A DNA stretch of 20,000 nt, from NCBI GenBank assembly GCA_013239625.1, contig MU054098.1, forward strand, positions 1,262,753-1,282,752. The letters are read 5' to 3'. This stretch comes from Lama guanicoe (lineage: Eukaryota). Shown here in pieces: positions 11,140 to 20,000 of this stretch (its first letter is position 1; every line of letters begins with the position of its first letter). Made by a program: the position numbers and the translations under genes. The notes under the pieces are model-generated. The model saw only the letters and a list, made by a program, of their open reading frames with translations, was not told the DNA's origin and made no database searches.

Positions 11140-11255
11140 GGCACTGCCTTATCTGTCAAAATGGAAACAAGTGGGTAAAACTGTTCAAACAAAGATGGAT
11201 AGTATATAAATAACACTTAAGGACTCTTTCAGCCCTGAGATTCGATATGTTATGA
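11140..11255 (+). mobile_element. MIR3/L3-like 3' fragment
   Basis: ccttatctgtcaaaatgg core and tail aaggactctttcagccctgagattcgatatg. Confidence 0.45.
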
Positions 11256-11311
11256 AATGAAATTTTATTAATTTAAATAATAGTAACAGCAGTTAAGAGA
11301 TATGAGAATTA

Positions 11312-11800
11312 GGCAGCCATCTTCCAGTTGGCATCATGGCCGCCCTTAGACCCCTGGTGAAGCCCAAGACCGTCAAAGAGAGGACCAAGAAGTTCATCCG
11401 GCACCAGTCAGATCAATGTGTCAAAATTAAGCAGAACTGGTGGAAACCCAGAGGCACTGACAACAGGGTGTGCAGGAGGCTCAAGGGCCAGATCCTGATG
11501 CCCAACATCGGTTATGGGAGCAACAAAAAAAAAGCACATGCTGCCCAGCAGCTTCCGCAAGGTCCTGGTCCACAATGTCAAGGAGCTGGAAGTGCTGCTG
11601 ATGTACAACAATCTTACTGTGCTGAGATTGCTCACAACATCTCGTCCAAGAATCACAAAGCCATTGTGGAAAGAGCAGCCCAGCTAGCCATCGGAGTCCC
11701 ACTGCCAACCAATCGCAATACCAGGCTATGCAGTAAAGAAAATGAATAGACAGCTTGTGTGCACATTGTATTTGTGTTAATAAAACCATGAAACTCAAAC
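11312..11800 (+). pseudogene. RPL32: Processed (retrotransposed) pseudogene of 60S ribosomal protein L32 (eL32)
   Basis: ORF 11336-11749 reads [11 protein letters not shown]...KKFIRHQSD...[15 protein letters not shown]...SYCAEIAHN...KENE; intronless; 5' UTR remnant ggcagccatct...ggcatc; AATAAA at 11779-11784; degenerate TSD 11296-11311/11801-11816 (13/16 identical); a 2-nt and a 1-nt deletion, a 9-nt insertion and many Arg codon substitutions. Confidence 0.97.
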
Positions 11801-12034
11801 ACAGATACGATAATTAAATTATAAAACTTAGATCACAATTGAAAATGGCATTTATCCTTCTCCAGTGCTATAAGGCTACCCTTTAGAGGCAAAGATAATG
11901 ACCACAGCATCACTGTTAAATTAGCCATACTGACTTGTTTTTTCCTATAGTGAGGTATATTTCACAGATGTATTATCTCTACCATTAGTGGCCAATGGAA
12001 AATATTTACAGGAGAAGATAAAATGAATTAAATT

Positions 12035-12143
12035 AAGTTCATTATGTGCTAGGGTATATATCATATGCATGTATATATCATTTAATCCTCACAATAATGT
12101 AAGTGATAGGTGCTGTTATTTATTTGTTATTGTTGGCAGTTAG

Positions 12144-12180
<37 letters not shown>

Positions 12181-12282
12181 GTTTTGGAAAATGAGGCACA
12201 GAAAGGTTGGGTCACTCATCTAGTAATTGAAGAACGAGAGCTCAGTTTTAATGCTTCTGCTTTTACCTGGCATACCATGCTA
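12035..12282 (-). mobile_element. MIR SINE interrupted by a (TG)n tract
   Basis: tcatttaatcctcacaataat...taggtgctgttatt ... gaaaatgaggcacagaaaggtt. Confidence 0.8.
12147..12176. repeat. (TG)15 microsatellite
   Basis: Direct reading; explains the VCVC run in ORF 12103-12309. Confidence 0.95.
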
Positions 12283-13823
12283 TTAAGCTCTGTTGAGGCA
12301 GAAGGTTGACCAGGATCAGGGGCACCTGGACAATAGCCTGGCACCATAGAAACTAACATATTGTCAAGTCTTCTCCCATAACGTTTTATGTTAATGCTTC
12401 TCTCAAGGTATATTGGTTCAAAACATGTGTCTTATCATCCTTGTTCTCTCTACTGCTCTGATCTGTTACACTTCATACTTATAATCAACTTTTCTAAGTA
12501 ACATATGTTCTTTAAATATGCCCCACCTCCTCCCAGAAATATGGGGCCAACCCAGTAATCTCTCTGACTTCAGAAATCTGGTAGTGTTTACTGTCTGTAC
12601 TGCTAACTTGGCACTCATTATGCATACAGATATTTATCAGATTATCTGTAATGATTGCATGTACACATCTTGCAATAGTCTGCAGTCCCTATGTCTAGTC
12701 CAGTGATTCACAGAGGTAAATACTTTGTATCTTTGCACATGATTATGGCAGTCAAAGAATATTTACTTGGACCTTGACTTCCTTAGTACCTTGGGTACTA
12801 ACTCATCTAGGAACACAATTCTTCTACAATATTTATTTCTTTATAGATACAGTTCTGGAAAATGACATACCATACATGTTTAATGTATACAATAATTAAA
12901 TACAAGAAAACAGCTTGAGGTATCAATGCTAAAAGGTAAATAAAACTGGTCCAAAGGAAAAAGTTGAAATTATTTCAGAATTGCACTGAACTGTTATTTT
13001 ACCAGAGTATTTACTTGCCTTTTCTAGTTTCTTTTTGCATTTTCTTTGTTATCCTTGTTGACAATGTCATGAAGGGGCTGAGGTCCAAATGTGACAGATG
13101 CTGTGTGTCTGATCAGTTCGTTAGATGAGGAAAGTTATTCAGGCTGTGTCTACAGATAGTTCATGAACCAGACTGTGACATTGCTGGTATGTTCATTTAG
13201 ACTGCCGACATGATGGATGCTGATGACCATAGCTAAATCCATTGGGAAAACTGCCAAACTGAAGTAATAACCAGATTTTGGGCCATTTAGAGGTCATGGA
13301 TGTTTACTTTTTTCAGCATTTTTTTGAGAATTTAGCTCTTCTTTTGGCTCCACCATTCTAATCTGTCCAATTTGAGACCTCCCTAGATTATAAAACTCCA
13401 TGTAAATAGTCGTAGAATAATTGATGTAAAGGATAATAGACAAATACATATAATTTTACATATGTAGGAGTTGCTTTTCCTAAAAGCTTTTCTACATGAA
13501 AAGTTTCTCAAATATATGGTTTGATCAAAACTACTCTTATTGTACAACCTCCCTTCTTGCTTTATGTTGAAAAAGGTTCTTAAAGAAAAGGTCAGGTGAG
13601 AATTTGGTTTGCTGATAGCCAATCAATAGATCTTTTTTCTCTCCTGGAAAACTGTCTTTATAACAGGAGAAAACAATGAAAAGCACCCCAAGTATAATGT
13701 GGCTTTCTCTAAGTTCTATGATTCGATTAAGTCCTTACTTTCAAGTAGAAGCATCACTAAGTCTTCATATGAAACATTAGATTGCAACTTTTACTTCCAA
13801 GGATATCCGAGTCAGCTGGGGAG

Positions 13824-14217
13824 TGACAAGGATAACCAGCCTTTGTGGCTGACATAACTTTAGGCTGTTTTGACAAGGACATCTAGGCCCTAAACTTATT
13901 TGAATTTCTCACACTTTAACTTGTTTGTTCCACCTCAGGTTCGGACCTCCACCTCACGTGCAAACATTTCCTGCCTCAATTTTCCTGTTACTGCGATATT
14001 TGATGTACTCTGTTAAGCTCCAATATTCCTCTGGCAATTTTTAGCAACTCCCCTTCCTCTTTCCCAGCCATCTGTCCAACAGTCTCTGCTTCTGTGCTTT
14101 CCGTGGCTTCGTCTTTGAGTGGCTCCCTATTGCAATAGCACCCACCCCTTTAATAAAGTCCTTCCTTACAAAAGTCAGAACTTGCTTGTGTGTTGGGGGG
14201 CAGTGGGGCTTTTAGCA
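13824..14217 (+). mobile_element. Solo LTR, probably ERV1-class
   Basis: TG...CA ends (tgacaagg...tttagca); ccctattgcaatag...aataaagtccttccttac (AATAAA at 14152-14157) is typical of ERV1 MER31/MER34-group R-U5; flanks gggag/ggcag may be a decayed TSD. Confidence 0.55.
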
Positions 14218-14269
14218 GGCAGGACTTAGACAAGAGAAACTACCATATTCTAGAATTTCTCCATAAATA

Positions 14270-14440
14270 ATTACATAAACCAGGCCTCAGTTTCTCATCT
14301 CTAAAACGGGGATAATGATTTCTTCCTGATTCTACCAGACAGACATATTTAAAGCGACACATGAGAAGATATATTTGGCTGTGAGCCACTTGAAAGTATG
14401 GTACTGTGTTAGATAATTACAAGTTGTCATTACTATACCA
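14270..14440 (+). mobile_element. MIR SINE (core and 3' part)
   Basis: ggcctcagtttctcatctctaaaacggggataat. Confidence 0.75.
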
Positions 14441-14469
14441 ATAAATATCAATAATATTTTGCTTTAATC

Positions 14470-14660
14470 TAGTGACTTTCCAAGTGTGATCCTTGGAGGT
14501 CCTTGGGCTGCAGCAGCAGAATCACTTGGGAATTTGTTAGAAATACAAATATTTGGTTCCCACTTCAGACCCATTAAATCAAAAACTGTGAAGCTGAAGC
14601 CAAGTAATGTGTGTTAAGCCTTCCAGTTAATTTTGATGCATACTCAAGTTTGAGAACTTA
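14470..14660. mobile_element. MER5A (hAT-Charlie) DNA transposon fossil
   Basis: agtgactttccaagtgtg...cagcagcagaatcacttgggaatttgttagaaatacaaat...ttgatgcatactcaagtttgagaac. Confidence 0.9.
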
Positions 14661-14775
14661 ATAACCCATTGAAGAGTATCAGTGAATTTGGAAAAAAAAA
14701 TTTTGGCCAAAAGCTTTAAAAACATTTTTTAAGACATCAGTTGCATTTACTTACACCTAAAAATAATGCATTTTA

Positions 14776-14962
14776 TGTAGAATAGATAAACAAAATTATA
14801 CTGCATAGCACAGGGAAATATGTACAAGATCGTGTGGTAGCTCACAGCAGAAAAAAATATGACAATGAATATATGTATGTTCATGTATAACTGAAAAATA
14901 GTGCTCTACATTGAAATTTGACACAACATTGTAAAATGACTAGAACTCAATAAAATATGTTA
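14776..14962 (+). mobile_element. Young, severely 5'-truncated L1 3' end with perfect 17-bp TSD
   Basis: TSD aaaaataatgcatttta at 14759-14775 and 14963-14979; body homologous to the L1 3' UTR at about 18380-18560; AATAAA near the end. Confidence 0.93.
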
Positions 14963-15599
14963 AAAAATAATGCATTTTAAAGCATTCAATTATTGATATT
15001 CTTTCTGGTAGATGATATAGATATTTGACTCATTTCTTACTCTTTACGTATTTCCTTGCTTCTTGAAGAGAAGTGAATGAACATAAGAGGCACAATTTCT
15101 AAAACAGAGCCCTAGAAGTCTCACATCCTACTCTCATCATGATAAAAAAAATCACTATTGATGGATGATTTCTGTACTCTGTGAGACATCAAGCCCTATT
15201 AGTCACTCATTTACGCAATTTAAAGGCTGGATGTTGTTTTTTAGTGCTGCAAACCCATTACCAAAGAGGGCCCAGCTGTTACTTTTTTGCTTCAGGGACA
15301 TTCTCTGCAAATTCAATGGGTTTTGCGTCAATTCAGAAAATGGAAAGCATTAGGTTTTTAGCAATAATTATACTATCAAGCCAGAGAGGAGAGTAGTAGT
15401 AATTGGTTAGATTCATCAAAACAGCACATTTATCCTTAAAACATCTTTCTGCAGTGGGCAAGTGTCCATTGAACAGATGGGCCAATAGGCACAATGTTAG
15501 AATTATATGAATACCTAACATTTGGGTGGTGCTATTGAAAATACATTCAGTAACTATCTTTTCCACATATATGTTCACAGAAACTCTTAGGTTAGGAAA

Positions 15600-15680
15600 G
15601 ACCAGTGACCCAGACTTTGGGCAAATAATAACCCTTTCTTTTAGCTCAGTGTTTTCTTCCTAAAGTGGAGGCAGTGGGAA
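15600..15680 (+). mobile_element. MIR core fragment
   Basis: gactttgggcaaataataaccc...ctcagtgttttcttcctaaagtgg. Confidence 0.5.
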
Positions 15681-16055
15681 GACTTAACGTAACTGACAGT
15701 GGGGAACAAATCCTGAAGTCCTTTCTTCTCATGGAAAGAAAGATATTTCGTTGGCACATTTAATTCCTTCTAACACATCTCAAACCATTCTTTCATTTTT
15801 AGCAAGTGAGATTTTTCACTCCTCTTCAGCTGCTCCAAGTGTGCAGGATGCTAGCAAAGTAGCCTGGCATGAGGTTAAAATGATAAAGAATATGGAGGAA
15901 ATGCTTACAAATAAGGAGTGGATGGGGGATACCTAGGGGATAAAAATACTCAAGACAAAATACTGAAAAGAAAGACAAGAGCTCAAGGCTCATAACCATT
16001 TTTATGTTTTCTATGTGCTAAGATTTCTCAGCCTTGAAGCATGAAACTCCTTTAC

Positions 16056-16284
16056 TTTTTTTTCAATTTAAATGTTTTTCATTGAAGTATCATTGATGTA
16101 CATTATATACGTTACAGGTGCACAATATAGTGATTCAATTTTTACAGGTTATGCTCCATCTATAGTTATAAAATATTGGCTATATTCCCCATGCTGTACA
16201 ATATATCCCTGTAGCTTGGTTTATACTTGATAGTTTTTATCTCTGAATCCTCTACCCCTATATTGCTTCTCCCCTCTCCCCTCT
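16056..16284 (-). mobile_element. L1 3' end, artiodactyl/laurasiatherian-type, 5'-truncated
   Basis: T-tract followed by attgaagtatcattgatgtaca...caatatagtgattca...aaaatattggctatattccccatgctgtacaatatatcc. Confidence 0.88.
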
Positions 16285-17189
16285 AAATCATACCTAACAT
16301 TAAAGGGTAGTGTTCTACTACTTTCTGGAGGGTTGTGGTAGGATTTTCTTTTCCTGAAAGCTTTAAAATCAGCAGGGGATTCAGTGTGCATGTATGACCA
16401 GGGCAGGTCAGGGTGGGAGGAGAGGGCACACAACACCAACACCTATGGCTAAAAATAAAATCACTGACATCATGGGATGTGGATGCTGTTGCTGGCATGT
16501 TCCTTTTGGAAGCTGGCAAAATGGAGTAAGGGTTGGAAGCAACATAAATATATAGAAAAGATCTATTATATTATTTATCTTGTACTTATTAGTAATTTCA
16601 ACAAGAAGGTAGAGATTGCTGTTAAAAGACACCATACTTCTATAAAGAATTTAAACCTTTCAATAATGGAGTCCATTAAGATATGGAGTCCATAACTTAA
16701 TTGCTTGGACAAACCCACTGGACATGCCATAGGAGACCCATGATGTTTGAGCAAGTGTGAAATCAACCAACAACCTACTGCCTTTTTCTAGGTAGCTACT
16801 GGGATTTTCTTTTCAATCTACAATATTGCATGACATTTACAAAGGTCAAATAGTAACTTAAAAAGAAAAAGTATTAATTTCTTTTAAATAACTGAAGCTT
16901 GACGCCAATTTCTCAAAGACGTAGAAAGCATTTAGTGACGCATAATGTATACCCAAAGACAAAATTTCATCCAGTAAGTTTTACTTTACTCTCACCTATT
17001 TCTTTTTGGTAAGAAATGATGAAGCACAATTGTTACAAGGATGAGAATCTGGCTTTACCATTACTATTTGATTCCTTCATTAATCCTTTATCCCACACTT
17101 GTCTCTCTTTCCTCTGACTCATACAGCACATATCTCTGTGACACTATGATCATCACTTTATCCTAGTAGTGAAAATAGTTTAAAGACTG

Positions 17190-17457
17190 TTGATTATGGG
17201 TCATGGTAAAGTTACTTAACCTCTGAAGCTCAGTTTATTCCTTGGAAAAAGGGAATAAGACAGAAGGTTTTGGAGTCAGATCAACCAGAATTCAAATTTT
17301 GGCTCTGCCTTTTTATGTGAATTACATAACTATGAACATCAGTTTGTAATACTACCTATTACATGTGGAGTTTTTTTTAAGATTAAATGGGAGAATGTTC
17401 ATGACACATGTAGCATTTAGCATATAATAAACACCCAGTTAACGTTAGCTGCTTCTA
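17190..17457 (+). mobile_element. Two adjacent MIR fragments (about 17190-17260 and 17262-17457)
   Basis: aagttacttaacctctgaagctcagtt; ttttggagtcaga...ttcaaattttggctctgcc...aagattaaatg...gttagct. Confidence 0.8.
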
Positions 17458-18069
17458 GTGAAAAGACAATCAATGGAATGGGAGAAAATATTTGCAAACA
17501 ATGCAACTGACAAGGGATTAATTTCCAAAATATACAAACAGCTCATATAGCTCAATATGAAAACAATACACAATATGAAAACAACAAACAACCCAATCAA
17601 AAAATGAGCAGAACTAAACAAACATTTCTCCAATGAAGATATACAAATAGCCAATAGGTATATGAAAAAAATGCTCAATATTGCTAATTATCAAAGAAAT
17701 GCAAATCAAAGCTACAATTAGGTATCACCTCACACAGGTCAGAATGGCCATGATTCAAAAGTCCACAAATGATAAATGCTGGAGAGGGTGTGGATAAAAG
17801 GGAACCCTCCTACACTGTTGGTAGGAATACAGTTTGGCACAGCCATTATGGAAAACAGTATGGAGATTCCTTAAAAAACTGAAAATAGACTTACCAAATG
17901 ATCTAGCAAGGCCACTCCTGGCCATATATCGAGAGGGAACTCTAATTCAAAAAGATACACAAATCCCAATATTCATAGCAGCACTATTTACAATAGCCAA
18001 GACATGGAAGCTACCTAAATGTCCATCAACAGATGCCTAGATAAAGAAGATATGGTGTATGTACATATG

Positions 18070-18102
<33 letters not shown>

Positions 18103-18565
18103 ACAGTGGAATACTATTCAGCCATAAAAGGATAAAATAATGCCATTTGCTGCAACATGGATGGACCTGGAGATCGTCATACTAAGTGAAGTTAACCAGA
18201 AAGAAAAATACCATATATTACTTATATATGGAATCTAAAAAAAAAGACACAAATGAGCTTATTTGCAAAACAGAGACAGGCTCATAGACATAGAAAACAA
18301 ACTTATGATTACCAGAGGGGAAAGGAGGTGGGGAGGGGTAACTTGGGAGTTTAAGATTTGTAGATACCAACTACTATATATAAAATAGATAAACAGCAGG
18401 GTCTTACAGTATAGCACAGGAAACTATATTTAACACCTTGCAATGGCCTATAGTAAAAAAGAATATGAAAAGGAATATGTGTATGTATATGTATGACTGA
18501 AACAGTATGCTGTACACCAGAAATTAACACAACATTGTAAACTGGCTATACTTCAATAAAGAAGG
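17458..18565 (+). mobile_element. 5'-truncated L1 (ORF2 C-terminus and 3' UTR) with perfect 17-bp TSD
   Basis: TSD aacgttagctgcttcta at 17441-17457 and 18566-18582; encodes WEKIFAN, the Cys-rich CWRGCG...LLHCW region and [16 protein letters not shown]; in-frame stops; 18-bp tandem duplication at 17553-17584; (CA)n at 18071-18105. Confidence 0.97.
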
Positions 18566-18582
18566 AACGTTAGCTGCTTCTA

Positions 18583-18650
18583 TGATAATGATCAATGATA
18601 AAGATGATGATAAAAGAGGATGAAAAGATGATTATGAGGATGGTGATAAT
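18583..18650. repeat. Degenerate (GAT/ATG)n low-complexity tract
   Basis: tgataatgatcaatgataaagatgatgataaaagaggatgaaaagatgattatgaggatggtgataat. Confidence 0.8.
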
Positions 18651-18719
18651 ACCTGTCCTGCTTACCCCACCAGAAAGAGGAGACCACTATGCAAAAATAA
18701 AAGAAGTGTCAGTAATGAT

Positions 18720-18835
18720 TTGCCAAGCAGTATATAAGATCTTCCAAGGGAAGAGGTACATCTTTTCCTTGGGTAAAGATACTCTCACAGCTTCTATCAC
18801 TGGACTGGACACGAGGTATATGCTCAATGTGTAGC
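18720..18835 (+). mobile_element. L2 3' fragment
   Basis: agtatataagatcttccaagggaag...ctggacacgaggtatatgctcaat. Confidence 0.5.
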
Positions 18836-18929
18836 CAACTCTATAGCAGTTATGTAGCATGTTCGTAAGCTGATGAGAGTAATCCATTAGAAAACACTGA
18901 TGGTAAAGGTGAGAAGTGCTGATTCACAT

Positions 18930-19340
18930 CTTTAAATAGGGAAAAGGGAATGGGATTCAGTTTACAAATGGAGAAGTTGAACTTATCTAGAAACATTTAC
19001 AGTTTATCTATGCTAAAAGAAGGGAAAATGGAGTATATAGGCACAAATGTAAAAAGGTATGCGGATGAGACAGAGGGAGCCCGTAAAGGTTCTTTTCTGG
19101 TGGCTTCATAGTAAGATCTGAAGATGACGGAGGGGGAGTTAGAGATTCAGATAAAGAGAAAAAATATGAAATAATCACCAATTAGGATCGAATCAACAAG
19201 TAGAACTGAATATCAAGTTCTGGGAAAATCTTGTTTTGAGATTATGAAGAGGCATGCCTTATTTGCTGACCCTCCAGTTGGAACTAAAGCATGAATATTC
19301 CTAGAGAACCAAATAAATGGTCTGTGCACTGTATCCAATT
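18930..19340 (-). mobile_element. L2 internal (ORF2) fragment
   Basis: gggaatgggattcagtttacaaatggagaagttg...agaagggaaaatggagtatataggcacaaatg...aggttcttttctggtggcttc is collinear with the reverse L2 consensus. Confidence 0.65.
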
Positions 19341-19411
19341 GAATATTGAGTGACAATCCTATCTCATGTTCTTCATTAAAGAAGCGAGAAAACATAGGCT
19401 AAAATGAGAAT

Positions 19412-20000
19412 CTCACCAAAATTTTAGCAAATAGAATCCAACAACACATAAAAAAGATTATACATCATGACCAAGTGGGGTTCATCCCAGGGACACAAGG
19501 CTGGTTCAACATATGCAAATCAATCAATGTCATACATCACATCAACAAGAGAAAGGACAAAAACCACATGATCATCTCAATTGATGCAGAAAAAGCATTT
19601 GATAAAATTCAACACCCATTTATGATAAAAACTCTCGCCAAAGTGGGTATAGAGGGAGCATATCTCAACATAATAAAAGCTATATATGACAAACCTATAG
19701 CCAGCATAGTTCTCAACGGTGAAAAACTCAAAAGCTTCCCACTAAAATCTGGGACAAGACAAGGATGCCCACTATCACCACTCCTATTCAACATAGTCCT
19801 GGAAGTCCTAGCCACAGCAATCAGGCAAGAGAAAGAAATAAAAGGGATCCAAATTGGAAAAGAAGAAGTAAAAGTGTCATTATATGCTGACGACATGTTA
19901 CTATATATAGAAAACCCTAAAAGGTCCACACAAAAGCTACTAGAGCTGATCGAAGAAAACAGCAAGGTAGCAGGTTACAAAATTAATGTTCAAAAATCAG
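19412..20000 (+). mobile_element. Young 5'-truncated L1, ORF2 reverse transcriptase domain, frame open to the window edge
   Basis: The frame from 19418 translates without a stop: [25 protein letters not shown]...[15 protein letters not shown]...[21 protein letters not shown]...[10 protein letters not shown]...[10 protein letters not shown]. Confidence 0.98.

Noticed and set aside
11408..11798. Two minus-strand ORFs (82 and 105 aa) overlapping the pseudogene
   Set aside because: They are antisense shadows of RPL32 coding sequence with no independent evidence.
13040..13390. Moderately GC-richer unique stretch considered as an exon or CR1 fragment
   Set aside because: The frames I translated are interrupted by stops and match no recognisable protein or repeat.
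15165..16766. Cluster of short overlapping ORFs and a lone MEF2-like CTAAAAATAA at 16449-16458
   Set aside because: No homology or coding bias, and the AT-rich motif also occurs by chance at 14757.
18595..18887. Met/Ile/Lys-rich ORF and its antisense partner
   Set aside because: They derive from the GAT low-complexity tract and an L2 remnant.
17445..19965. ORFs 17445-17678, 17834-18040 and 19609-19965
   Set aside because: They are sense or antisense translations of L1 ORF2 fragments, not host genes.
1..20000. CRISPR array, retron or other RT-associated prokaryote-like system; tRNA, rRNA or snRNA genes
   Set aside because: There are no regularly spaced repeats, operon structure or recognisable RNA gene, and the RT is a standard mammalian L1 ORF2.

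Overview
AT-rich, CpG-depleted mammalian intronic or intergenic DNA. The young L1 3' UTRs look artiodactyl, most resembling camelid elements from memory, and I see no Alu, B1, Bov-A or PRE-1 SINEs. No functional protein-coding exon is recognisable. The only gene-derived sequence is a processed RPL32 pseudogene (about 11312-11800) with a degenerate target-site duplication (TSD). Its 137-codon frame stays open only because two frameshifts compensate. Much of the rest is transposon-derived: old L1M fragments, younger L1 insertions (two with perfect 17-bp TSDs, one 5'-truncated copy with an open RT frame running off the right edge), L2, CR1/L3, MIR, MER5A, two solo LTRs and microsatellites. A few unique blocks look regulatory: a minus-strand CCAAT/TATA arrangement near 7.0-7.1 kb, a TEAD motif cluster at 8.5 kb and a CpG-retaining block near 10.1-10.3 kb. 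I found no convincing novel biological system. Repeat family names come from remembered consensus similarity, and boundaries of old repeats are approximate.
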